In this document: piece by piece, positions 12,636-25,565 of the stretch
Layout: the number at the start of each line of letters is the position of its first letter
How positions within the stretch are numbered: position 1 is the stretch's first letter
From: the human T2T-CHM13v2.0 reference genome, Homo sapiens
Length of the DNA: 64,000 bases
NCBI RefSeq assembly: GCF_009914755.1
Contig: NC_060935.1
Strand: one strand, 5' to 3'
Translations under genes and position numbers: made by a program
Notes under the pieces: model-generated
What the model was told of the DNA's origin: nothing
Databases searched by the model: none
What the model saw: only the letters and a program-made list of their open reading frames with translations

Positions 12636-13308
12636 TAAGAAATATAAACAGAAAAAAGATGAGCCTTTCTTTCTTAGAAACAAGAGACTTTCTTTCAGGC
12701 TATGGATACAATCTTAAAACTGTTTGGAAAGAAATAGAATCAACACTAAATTCCAAGAGAAGGGGAAGAAAGCTACTCCATATTTCCCATTAGAATGCCT
12801 TTGATTATCCAAATATGAGACCAATCATCGCATGTCCTTGATGCAGTTTGCCAAACTATACATTTTTTTTCTGTAAGGAATTTTAATTGCTTGCTTTAAA
12901 GTAGTCATGGGGCAGAAAAATTTCTCAGAGTATTGAGAAAATCTTCATAACTCATTTGCTTGATAGATAGAATATATATGGATATATATAACTATGTATA
13001 TAAAAACATACCTATAGATATATTGAATCTGTATGTTTTAATTCTGTGTAGACACAGTCCATTAAGGAGTTCTGTGTGTAATTAGTATTTTATAATGTTG
13101 ATGTACTGTATTCACTACCCAATAGACTCAACTGGTATTGTGGTTATCCTTCTTAAAGCATTGTATCTGCTTCTAAATATTTCTTCCAGCCTCCTCCTCT
13201 CTTTTGATTTTAACTAAAAGAGGAAAGCAAGAGGCTAGTATGGGACATTTCCTTCCCTGTAGACACGTGTGCTTGGCATTCCTCCTCCCCCTTTACCATC
13301 ATGTTACT

Positions 13309-14415
13309 TGTTGCGGGAAGTCCGGGACCCCGAACGGAGGGACCAGCTGAAGCCATGGCAGAAGAATGTGGATTGTGAAGATTTTATGGACATTTATTAG
13401 TTCCCCAAATTAATACTTTTATAATTTCTTATGCCTGTCTTTACTGCAGTCTCTGAACATAAATTGTGAAGATTTCACGGACACTTATCACTTCCCCAAT
13501 CAATACCCTTGTGATTTCCTATGCCTGTCTTTACTTTAATCTCTTAATCCCGTCATCTTCGTAAGCTGAGGAGGATGTATGTCGCCTCAGGACCCTGTGA
13601 TGATTGCATTAACTGCACAAATTGTAGAGCATGTGTGTTTGAACAATATGAAATCTGGGCACCTTGAAAAAAGAACAGGATAACAGCAATGTTCAGGGAA
13701 CAAGACAGATAACCTTAAACTCTGACTGCCGGTGAGCCGGGCGGAACAGAGCCACATTTCTCTTCTTTCAAAAGGAAATGGGAGAAATATCGCTGAATTC
13801 TTTTTCCCAGCAAGGAACATCCCTGAGAAAGAGAATGCGTCCCTGAGGGTAGGCTTCTAAAATGGCCGCTTCGAGGGGCGGCCATCTTTTATGGTCGAAG
13901 CTGTAGGGATGAAATAAACCCCAGTCTCCTGTAGTGCTCCTAGGCTTATTAGGATGAGGAAATTCCTGCCTAATAAATTTTGGTCAGACTGGTTGTCTGC
14001 TCTCAAACTCTGTCTCCTGATAAGATGTTATCAGTGACAATGCGTGCCCAAAACTTCATTAGCAATTTTAATTTCGCCCCGTCCTGTGGTCCTGTGATCT
14101 TGCCCTGCCTCCATTTGCCTTGTGATATTCTATTACCTTGTGAAGCACGTGATCTCTGTGACCCACACCTTATTCGTACACTCCCTCCCCTTTTGAAATC
14201 ACTAATAAAAACTTGGTGGTTTTACGGCTCAGGGGGCATCACGGAACCTGCCGACATGTGATGTCTCCCCAGACACCCAGCTTTAAAATTTCTCTCTTTT
14301 TTTACGCTGTCCCTTTATTTCTCAGACCGGCCGACACTTAGGGAAAATAGAAAAGAACCTATGTGAAATATCGGGGGTGAATTTCACCCGATATCTGGCT
14401 GAATTTCCCCCGATA
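13309..14415 (+). mobile_element. MER11 solo LTR (HERV-K11/HML-8), full length ~1.1 kb, sense to SORL1
   Basis: Starts TGTTGCGGGAAGTC, ends GAATTTCCCCCGATA; perfect 6-bp TSD GTTACT (13303-13308, 14416-14421); AATAAA at 14204. Confidence 0.92.
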
Positions 14416-14514
14416 GTTACTAAAGGGAGGGAAACTCAAAAGAGAAAGACCTGTGGTCCAGCAGTAAGAATAATATTGGTTTCATTTCCTCCCCTGCCGC
14501 ACTCTGATGGGTAG

Positions 14515-14628
14515 AGAACACCTGTCTTCGCAACCAGTATCGCTGCAGCAACGGGAACTGTATCAACAGCATTTGGTGGTGTGACTTTGACAACGACTGT
14601 GGAGACATGAGCGATGAGAGAAACTGCC
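14515..14628 (+). CDS. SORL1: SORL1 exon 23 (114 nt), CR1: [38 protein letters not shown]
   Basis: gggtag|AG acceptor, GCC|gtgagt donor; LDL-A motif DCxDxSDE. Confidence 0.97.
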
Positions 14629-15339
14629 GTGAGTCTTCTGGATTGGACGTTAAGCACTTACCATTACTCAGAAGCCTGGTTGGCTCTTCCCAGGCTGAGG
14701 GCCTAAGGTCTAGGGCGAGGGCCACCCATGATTGGTGATGCCCATCTAAGTTGATGGGGCTTAGATGACAGAGAAAACATATTTCCATACACAGGTAGAT
14801 ATTAGATATATAGGATTAATATTATATACATAATATTTTTTTAACCACCCCAGAAGTACCACTCGTTACAAGAGATTTATAAATAAACGTCACATGGCTG
14901 AAACTGAATTGATTTGGCAATCTGGGCTCTAATCTTGGCTGTGGCTCTGTAATAAAGCTGGTGACTTGGGGCGAGTAAACAGGTGATATTCTTTGATTTG
15001 GAAATTCAATATTCAGCCTTTTTAGGGATGGGAAATGAGTATTTACTCCAGTTGGTTGATGTTGGCTACCTACCAGGCTCAAGAGAGATTGTTTTCATTG
15101 GTTAGTAATGCATAGCTTGGCCTACAGTGTGGGGCCATTGGTGTACATGCCATGTAAGTGTCATCTTTGGGCTGTATAATTTTTAAGATCTGACTTCTAA
15201 AGTATAAGACTGTGGTTAGCAGAAGTTAAAACCAAACAACCACAAATAACAGATAGTTTATTAACCATGAATTTTCACTATCTTTTCTTCACTTAATTTT
15301 TAATAGCTTCGACATTATCTTATAAGGAGATGATTTGCC

Positions 15340-15870
15340 CTTTTGTCAGTCATGCACTCACTCAACAAGCAGTTGCTATACACCCTGTGTTCCAGGCTCT
15401 GTGCTGGGCCTGCATATATATTGCCGATCAAGGCAGAAACGGAGTTCACAGTCTGAAGTAGGAGTCAGAAAAATAGGCAGTTACAGTAGAGTGACGGGCA
15501 CTGCGATGCGGAAGTGTCATATGCATGTAGGATGGGCACCCAAAGCAAACTTGGGCAGGCCCTAGCAAAGAGCTCTGGAGAGTGTCTGGGGTGAACCAAG
15601 CAGAGGTGGAGGGAATCAATTCACAGGCAAGGGAGCAGCATGTGGGGAAGCTGGCATGGCCAGGAAACTGGTTTGAGTTATGGAGAATGGGCATGGGCAC
15701 AGGGGCCAAGGTGAAGTTAGATGAGTGGGCAGCGCCCAGGACAGCAAGGGCTTTGTGGACTTTATCGGAGAAGCAGTTGGGAACCACTGATGTCATGTGA
15801 TGAAAGTTCATCTTTGGAAGGATAAGTAGTGGGCAGAGTGCGTTTGATGGAGAGAGACCAGAAGCAGGAA
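15340..15870 (-). mobile_element. L2 LINE remnant (approximate bounds)
   Basis: cactcactcaacaagc...ccctgtgttccaggctctgtgctgg L2 3'-end pattern followed by purine-rich L2-like body. Confidence 0.5.
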
Positions 15871-17687
15871 CCAAGTCAGAGGCTTCTCTTTTATATATTT
15901 TACCTTTGGCAACCCAGGGGCTCATTTACCCATTTGTACTGTAAGAACAGATTAATGGGAAGCTCTAGATACTCATTTAGCCAGTCATCCGTGGGGCCTG
16001 TGCCCGGCTCCCCTGCCACTTCACCCAGAAAGCAACTTGTGAAATATCCAGCTCATTAAACACATCTGGGCCCTGCAATCCTATAGACTCCCCCTTTTGG
16101 CTGATAGAGGGTTATTTACAAAGCCTTTCCTTAATCGTTTTCCCTTGGATTCAGAGGGTGCCTTTCACACCGAGGGAGTAGAGCTTATTTGCTGAATGGC
16201 AGATTTGGGAAAGCACTAGCCTCTCTGTGTCTTTTCTGCAAAAAATAAGGCCTATAAAGCCTCCTTTATCAGAGTTGCAGGAAGGTGTGATATTTGTGGG
16301 GGAATAGCCAAAGCTCTTTAAAAACATTAATGCTTATTAACAGCATTGAAGCAGATAATGGAAAGGAGTTTATTACATATCTGGGTGGGATAGAAGATGC
16401 TTCTTAGAATTAACAAGTTACAAGGAAATTGCCCAGACATAATTAGGCACAGTGGAAGCAGGGAGATACAAACCAGATGACCTCATATCCAAGAGTGAGG
16501 GACACAGGTGGCAGAGCATTCCTCCTTGTGCCCTTGGGCTTGGTTTCTACTAAATGGACAAGCTGAATCTTGTATTGGCTCCGAGTTTTGAGAGGAATGA
16601 AGACCTGCATCTTTTGGGAGGCACCTGCTGCCTCCAATGGCTTCCTCCCACCCAGCCCCTGAGCTCTGTTGCAGACTGCACAGTTATGCATGAAGGATGG
16701 AGCTGGCCCTGCCCTCCTCCCAGCTTGGCGTGAATGTCAGCTGGGATTCACTTTCCAGAGACCCCGAGACCTACTTTCTGCTCCGTCGTCTCCCTGTTTC
16801 ACCTGGCTCAGGTCTACACATGTCAGATGGAGCTGAGGCGTGGAGAGGAGGAACCAGAAGGATTTAAAACTCAGAGACTGGGAGTCAAGAGAGAGGGGCT
16901 TATCTGTGCCTGCATGTGTGTCTCCCTCATCAAGGAGGTTGCGTGTGGAGGAGAGAGGTTCCCTGTTTCTAAGCAGGGCTGCAGGAGCTGGACCGCAGTG
17001 ACTGAGTACTGCCATGTGGGGAGTTAAGTGAGGCACCCTGCCAGCTGCCAGGGAGCAGTGGAGGAGGGGGGACACCGGGATGCAGGAGGGTGTTGTCAGT
17101 GGGTTTCCCTCCCTCTTACACAGATTCCTCTAGCTGGGTGACTGTCAGGCACTCAGGGTTTTGACGCGAATCCCTGCAGTCTTGTCATTTTGCATTCATC
17201 CCCTGCCTCCCACCACGAGCTCAATTACAGAGAAGAAATGGAGCCTCAAATAAGAGCTGCCAGGATGTCTAACGGCAGCATTGCTATTTGGCATTTCGTG
17301 CACGACAACCCTTCCCCCGTGCCAGCATTCTGTTCTGCCACATTTTACCTCCTGGGTCAGCCTTTCACTCTCCTGAGAGCAGCCTGCCTTCCCCTCGCCT
17401 TTCCTGGAGGGTGTTTCACGGGGTGCCAGGGATTGTGCTTAAGCACAGGAAATATCTACTTAGGAGAGGAAGAAAAATCTAATTCTGTATCCATTCTAAT
17501 GCCAGAAGGACATGAGGAATGATGAGGAAGAGAAGTGACATTTGTTTAGAGCCCATTATATTTACATCCTATTTAATAGGCTCTGGTTCCAAACTTGTTC
17601 CCTGGTTTATCTTCATAATAATGCTACCAAGTAAAGGCAGGTTAAGTAAGTTGTAGGTTGCAGACTCAATTCAAATCTAGTCTTTCT

Positions 17688-17985
17688 GGCTGGGCGTGGT
17701 GGCTCATGCCTGTAATCCTAGCACTTTGGGAGGCTGAGGCAGGCAGATCACTTGAGGCCAGGAGTTCAAGACCATCCTGGCCAACATGGCAAAACCCCAT
17801 CTGTACTAAAAATACAAAAATTAACTGGGGCTGGTGGTGGGTGCCTGTAATCCCAGCTACTCAGGAGGCTGAGGCTGGAGAAATCGCTTGAACCTGGGAG
17901 GCGGAGGTTGCAGTGAGCCGAGATTGCGCCACTGCACTCCAGCCTGGGCAACAGAGCGAGACTCCATCTCAAAAAACAGAAAAAC
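17688..17985 (+). mobile_element. AluS, full length, TSD aaatctagtct(t/c)tct
   Basis: GGCTGGGCGTGG...GACTCCATCTC plus A-rich tail. Confidence 0.93.
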
Positions 17986-18598
17986 AAATCTAGTCTCTCT
18001 GACTGTGATCTCAAGCACTAGGACACATTATCTTACCCAGTTTTACTGTTGAGAAAACAGCCGTAGGGAGATTAAAATTAATTTCCCCAGGAAGAGGTAG
18101 AGCCACGATTTGGTACCCAGTCTTGACTGACTGCAGACAGAGCCTATGTTCCTACTGTAGAATTCTACCTCCATGCTGCCTTTACCATCTGTACAATGAA
18201 GTGCTAACTTCTTGTGTGAAATTGAGCTTCTCTAATCGTAGTTTCATAGATAAAGGTATTTCTGTCACTTATTTAGGAAGACACTTTTCGCGTCTGAAGG
18301 GATCTTAGGAGGTCACCTAGCCTGTCACTCTCTCTCGCCAACAGATGACAGTTTCTCACTTTTCCCCGTCCTGTTCCGATCTGGAAGCTGTCCACAGAAA
18401 GATATGCCCTTATCTCTCTTGGTTGTAAATTTCAAGCTCTCATGTAATTTATGTCTTCTGTAAGTCTAGGTTTAATTTCTGTTGCTACAATTAATACCTG
18501 CTTTCTTCTATTTTTTAATTGGTTTTCCAGTAGGATGTTTACATTTGTGGGAAATCAATTGTACCTAAGGAATATGTTGTCTTTCTATCCCATTTTAG

Positions 18599-18721
18599 CT
18601 ACCACCATCTGTGACCTGGACACCCAGTTTCGTTGCCAGGAGTCTGGGACTTGTATCCCACTGTCCTATAAATGTGACCTTGAGGATGACTGTGGAGACA
18701 ACAGTGATGAAAGTCATTGTG
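18599..18721 (+). CDS. SORL1: SORL1 exon 24 (123 nt), CR2: [13 protein letters not shown]...[12 protein letters not shown]
   Basis: ttttag|CT, GTG|gtaagg; within ORF 18451..18813. Confidence 0.98.
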
Positions 18722-18955
18722 GTAAGGGGACACCACATCCTGAAACCCTGCTCTGGAGAGGGGGGTCATTGTGCTCCCTCACAGGGCTGTACTGGTATGT
18801 ACTGGTTTTCTGATAGCCGTCTCAGGATTTATGATATTCTAGCTGAATGGCTTTCTCCATCCACATGGTGGGGTTGAGTCATTTCTCTGTCCATTCTTAA
18901 AGAGTTTGTTTGCTGCTTTTCACGAGGATTCAGTTCGCTGGAGACACTTGCGAAC

Positions 18956-19014
18956 TGGGACCCTAGATTCCCATTAACTCTGGATGGGACCCTAGATTCC
19001 CATTAACTCTGGAT
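18956..19014. repeat. Perfect 29-bp tandem duplication
   Basis: tgggaccctagattcccattaactctgga x2. Confidence 0.95.
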
Positions 19015-20489
19015 CAAGTGTCTCCAGCAGAACTGAATCCTCATGATTCATGGTCAGAAAAGATGGAGCCTGGACTCAGCTCCTGTCACTTACTCTTAGA
19101 TTAGCCTTTGTTTTCTAGTCTGAAAAATGGGGAAATGGACCCTGCTTTGCCTTGGAGAGATGCTATAAGGATGAAAGGTGATGGTAAGGAAGTAAATTTC
19201 TGAATGAATTCAGGGGGTTATTAACAGCTCTACAGGCTTGGCCCACATGTCTCAGTGGGTGTGAGATTAGCCTGCTGAAGACACAAATCTGCACCTCTGT
19301 GAACTGTTCTTTTTTTTTTAACCAATTTAATTCATTCAACTCTGTTATTATTAGAAGTTAGCAGATGGTATAGGCATTGAGTGAGCATCTGTTTTCTGAA
19401 TGGACATTTTTATATTTAGAAAAACAGTGGGTTACAATTCCAAGGAATGATAGAGATTCTCTGGTCCAATCCTTTTAATTTCTACTTTCTAAAGTGACTG
19501 AGGTCTGTAGAGGTCAGGGGGCTTATTCAAGGTGACACAATTAGTTTGTGTCAGAATGGGGAACTGGAATCCATGTCTCCCATTTTCTAATCCTCCACTA
19601 TTTCTGTTGCACAGTACCTCCTTGTCAGTTTCATGAGACCCATCTTAGTTAACAGTCCCTGGTCCCAGACTCATAGTTGCTGACCTCCGAAGGAGACATT
19701 ATGCAATCAGCATGGTGTGCCAGATTGAGGCATGAGAGGGAAGTGAGAGTGGAGGTCAGACGCTGACCCAGACGTGGTGATGAGTTGGCGGGGCCCTACT
19801 GTGCCCTCTCTCCCTGTCCACGGGGGGCAGGTCCAGCCACGCTGTGCTTACGCACATGGACACAGCCTGCTTGATTATGAGCAGGTGGTTTGACTCACAG
19901 CAGCTGAAATAAGGGGAGCAAGGGCAGCTTGTAAATCATCTCAATGCAAGTTAACCAGCAGAGCAGAGCCTAGGCCATTTCCACACAGAAAATACCCCTA
20001 GCCTGGCTCTTGGAAGGTTTTTAAAAAATTCCCAGTTTTCCTTCTTCAAGTGCCTGAAAACATGTCCTTGGAATGTGCAACTATTTCCCCTTCATCCCTG
20101 CCATTTCCTTCCCAGCACTCTTAGAAGGTTGAAATGTGTAGCTAGTTTTGCCCTAGTAAGAAGGAAACTTCACGTGGTTCCCTCTTTCTGGTATCATTGA
20201 GCTCACGTACTGGGTACATGTTTGACTGTGAAGCAGTTTCAGCCCCCCGATCCTCTGTTCATGGCTCATTCTTACTAGTTTGTCCTGAATTCATCCCAGG
20301 GTCCCGGTTAGCCCCTTCCTCTGATGCAGGTCCTCTTCGTAAGTTTCCACACTCTTCCTCAAAAATATCTGATTTACTAGCTTTGCCATCAACAAGCCTC
20401 TTGGCGAGAATGACTGAGACGGCTGCCTTGGGCCCCACGCTTGGCTGCTCCTGTTTTCTGACGCTCTGTAAACTCCATGTGAAAGTTCT

Positions 20490-20975
20490 ATGCCACAGTC
20501 TATTTGGGCTGTGATAACAAAATACTTAGTGTAGGTAATTTATAAACAATAGTATTTTGTTTCTCACAGTACTGGAGACTGGGAGGTCCAAGACTGAGGT
20601 GCCAGCAGACTTATTGTCTAGTGAGGGCCTGTTCCTCATAGATGGTACCTTCACTGCAGCGTCAGATGGCACCTCTGCTTCTGGAAGGACTGCAGGGAAA
20701 TGCTTCTATCTGTACGCAAGCGTGGCAGAAGGAGTGAACAGCTCCCTCCCACCTCTTTCTTAAGGACACTAATCCTATTCATGAGGGCTCTGCCCCCATG
20801 ACTTAATTACCTCACAGGGGTCCCATCTCTTAATAATATCACATTGGTGATTAAGTTTCAACATACAAATTTGAAGTTTCAACATATGAAGTATAAACAT
20901 TTGAATTTTCCTAGCCTCCAGAACCGAGAGAAATAAATTGCTATTGTTTATAAGCTCAGCCTATAGCATTCTGTC
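20490..20975 (-). mobile_element. MaLR LTR (MST/MLT1A-like), with a short opposite-strand MaLR fragment at ~20900-20975
   Basis: ttctcacagtactggagactgggaggtccaag...cactaatcctattcatgagggc motifs. Confidence 0.65.
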
Positions 20976-21638
20976 TTCATGATCTCCCCAGGAGCTTTGA
21001 AGGCTATTGCCAGGGCAGCCTCCTTCCCCTTCTTGGTCAAGCTCTGCTGGTTGGTTCTTACCAGGCCCCCACCCTTCTAGAGACAGCGCATCCACCCGTG
21101 TCCCTGGAGCTCTGCCCACAGAAAGTCCCGAGTTATGTTTCCTCCGTTTTGGGAGCTCAGCACTGATTTTACTCTCTCTGACTGAGCATCTCACGGTGAT
21201 CAGCTCATGCAGACCTCTCGGCACTCCTTTTCTCAAACCACAGGCTGTGTCTGTAGGAGTCCTCTGTTTCTTGAAAGTTCTACTTCCTGGCCTCCTCTAT
21301 CACTGCTTCCTAACCTTCTTCCCATCATAGCAAGCATAGAAAATAATATATGTGGAGAGCACTGGGATGAATGGACAAGGATGCTGTTGTCAAGAGGCAA
21401 GCAGCTCTAAGGGTCTGAGGGTCTCAGAATCTCAGCCCACCTGTAACCCATTTGCGGCACACTGACTGGAAGCTGTTAAATGACCTTTTGTCCCTGGTAA
21501 AAGTCTCTTCGTTCATGGTCTCTGTGGATCATTGGTGATCACGGGTCCATCTCCATCCTTTATGAGAGCTTTGACACCAGAGACAAAATTCTGAACAAGC
21601 TTTTGTCCTCACCTCTCTGTTTATGGTCTCACCTGCAG

Positions 21639-21758
21639 AAATGCACCAGTGCCGGAGTGACGAGTACAACTGCAGTTCCGGCATGTGCATCCGCTCCTCC
21701 TGGGTATGTGACGGGGACAACGACTGCAGGGACTGGTCTGATGAAGCCAACTGTACCG
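21639..21758 (+). CDS. SORL1: SORL1 exon 25 (120 nt), CR3: [12 protein letters not shown]...[12 protein letters not shown]
   Basis: ctgcag|AA, CCG|gtcagt; within ORF 21623..21820. Confidence 0.98.
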
Positions 21759-24239
21759 GTCAGTACTTCCTGGACTCAGTTGACAGCACTCATCCGTTCA
21801 TGCAGTGGTTAACATTATAGCTTTAAACGATCGGAAAATCTAGGCTCTGAGAATTAGCTTGGACCTTAGAAATCAGCGAGTTTCATGCTTCTCAAAGAGC
21901 TGGTCTTTGATGAGATAAGGAACCTGTGCCAGAATGTAAATCAACACCCTGCTTTCAACTGATTAAACAGTGTTCTGAGTGATATCGTTGATTTATGTTC
22001 TGGCTCAAGCTTCTTATTCATTCAGGACCAGTGTTAAACAGTTTTCAGACCAGCCCCTCGGCTGGGGTCCATACTTTGAGTAAGCACTGAACTAGCTCAT
22101 GTTTTTTAAAATGGAGCATCAGGGGGTTCCCCAGACAAGGAAAATGTAAACTGTGTTTGTACCCGTTTTGGGTAAGATTTTATTAAAAGTAAAGATGGAA
22201 ACAACATGAATGTGCTAGGTGCTATAAGGTAGGGGTAGTGTTCTCATTCTTTTGTTGGGTTCGCTTATGTTCATTACATTATTTTTATGAATGAGTGGAT
22301 GAATGGTGGCCAGATATATTATGATGGGGCAGGGCAGACTGGGGGTGATAGGCAGTGGGTAGTGCAAGGAGTTGAGAAGCTTGTGGAGAAATGAAAACAA
22401 ATTCCATTTTATAATCATCACTTTGTACCCCATTGTAATTTGTCCAAAAAACAAAAATTAAGGAATTTTTGTTCCAGATTTTATTACTCATTGAGTAAAT
22501 TTGCTCTACAGCCTCCTTGAGAAGCTGTTATTCAGTTCTGTCTTGAACCCCTCTAGTGATTTTGGACTAGGGAGATAAAGATGTTTCCTTTAAACATTTC
22601 ATGGTAAGGACAGATCTGTTTTTACACTCGGATAATTCAGACTTCATTGTGTAATTCATTGTTGAGTCATCTTCTCAATTATCTGAAGCCAGCTATTAAT
22701 CTTGTGAATTATTGGACTTTTAAATCTCATGTCTTAACCTCCTCTGCCCCCAGAGTATCCCAGCACTTCCTACACTGCCCGGCATCTGGCGGCTCAAAGC
22801 ACGCCTACTAATTGGTAAAAGGAAATACAAAGAAGGTACATCTGTTATATCTCAGACCTAAGGATAAATAACTGTGCATTATGCTCTGGCTTAGACTTGC
22901 TTCCCCACGGAGAGAGATGACCTCTTCTTTTACTCTTTTGTATTCTCTGCAGTGTCCAGCACATAATAGAGTATGTGCTCAGAGAACCTTTGTGGATTGA
23001 GTAATTTTATGCAACTGCTTCCCTCCATTCCTTTTAGTTTGGAGGTGACCTCATATGGCCTTAAGGGAGTGAATAGATCTCTTCAAATGCCATATACATC
23101 ACATGGGATATTCTGTGGTGTTACCAAATCCTGTTCGCTTGTAAAGTCCACCCATGTTCTTTCTGGCGCAGCCTCTGTGTCTGCACCTCTGCTTCTGAAA
23201 AGACTGCAGGAAAATGCTTCTCTCTGTATATTAAAGCATGGTCTGCAGAAGGAGGAAGAACCGAGGCCCATAAAGGAGCTGCCGTTGGCACAGGAAACAC
23301 GTGAATGCTGTTTGGAAGCTTTGGGTTTGGATGGATACTTAGTTAATAGATTAGAAGGGTGCACTTGGACATTGCAGTTTGTAAATTGCAGTATGATTGA
23401 ACATCTTGTTAACACAACTGCCTTACTCAAATTTGCATTTCAGCAGCATGTGCCGGTCTTACAGAATGAATTGATTACTTCATTTCTATAGGCAAGCTTG
23501 TATAAACTCCTGGTTTTTTCTCTGATTTTCTTCCGGCAAGGCAAACTGGAGAAAACTTAAGAGTCCTTGCTGCTCAGCTGCAGCCTTGTTCCAAGGGCTG
23601 TTCTTCCAAACCTTTCAAGGATGATCCACCTTCTCTGTCATCTCAAAATAGTTGGAGGTCAGATGTGAGCTCATGGTGATGTGTGGCATGACACCTCATT
23701 TTCAGACCTACTAAATTAAGCTGCGTACAGTGCCAAAAGAAATAGGTCAAGGTAGCTGACCTCCTGTTGGCATCAGCTTGGATGCGCACTCTGCTGTGCG
23801 TCCTCTTTGCTTTTCTTTTCGCCACTTTTACTTTCCACGAGGCTGTTTCTTTATTCACCTCAACCCACCGCTATTGTTTTTAAACGTGTACATCTGATTT
23901 CTGTGTGTTTTTTTAGGACAATTACCTGTAGACATTTTATTTGTATTCTTAACATCTTTCCTCTCTCCTAGATATATGGGGACTTTAGAATTTGATCCAA
24001 ATCTCTGCCTACAGTTCCAGTACTAAAATACCTAGTATTTTAAACACTAAATATTTAGTATTTTAGTTTTATATTAAAAAATCCTAAACTTCACTGTTAC
24101 TCTTTTTAAATAACCACACTTCTGCATAGGCACACAGGTATTACCAACTACCTCTGTGTCTTGTTGCTAATGCCTCCCACCAATGTACATCCTTCAGGGG
24201 TTTTGCAGCAGGAGTCTATGAGTGGCAAACTCTTTCAAG

Positions 24240-24950
24240 GTTTTGTTATTATAGACATATATTTAATCCTCAATCTTGAATTCAAATGGGTCTGGGTTTC
24301 TAGGCTTTTAGTAATTTTCCGTATTTTCATAGAATTCTTCCATTTCTTCCTGGCCTCTTTTGTGTTGATTTGAATTCTGCTCTTAGTTGTCTGTTCAAAT
24401 AATAACAGACACTCTTTTCTTTCTAATTACCTTTAGGTTATATTGCTCTTAGTTTTACCTACCTAGGTGTGGAATTATTTTTACTTATCCTGCTTGAGAC
24501 TTTGTTTGTTTTAAGATCTGAGAATTTTTCGAAAGACAACTCTGGGAAGTTACAGCTACTAACTCTTCAACTATACCTGTTGGCTACTTTCTCTGGTCTT
24601 GTCTTCAGCAGTTACTCTAAGCCATTCGTTGGACTGCCTCATTCTGTTGTTCTCTTCCCTCCTGTTTTTATATTTGCTGTCTCTTTATGACTCTGTGCTA
24701 GAATCTGAGCGACTTCTCTAGATTTATCTTCCAGTTCAACAATTCTCTTTTCAGCTAACTCTAATCTGCTGTTTCACATATACATGGAGCTGTTTTTTTT
24801 ATTTCCATGAGTATACGTTTTGTATCTAGAATTTCTGTTTGGTTCTTTTTCAAATCTACCTTTTATTTTTCAGTGTTCTTTTTTTAATACTTTATGTTTT
24901 TTCTTCTCTGTCATTAATCATTCAAATTGTGATGATAGTCATTTTTTTCC
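24240..24950 (-). mobile_element. Old L1 (L1M) fragment, approximate bounds
   Basis: T-rich; tcttccagttcaacaattctcttttcagc...aatctgctg L1M-type motif. Confidence 0.5.
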
Positions 24951-24963
24951 TCATGCACTTACT

Positions 24964-25565
<602 letters not shown>

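Noticed and set aside
13370-13540. Direct repeats (ttgtgaagattt..., tatgcctgtctttact) resembling an array
   Set aside because: Internal repeats of the MER11 LTR; not CRISPR-like, and the DNA is human.
24020-24070. AT-rich quasi-palindromes (actaaatatttagt and similar)
   Set aside because: Low-complexity AT sequence near old L1 debris; short palindromes are expected.
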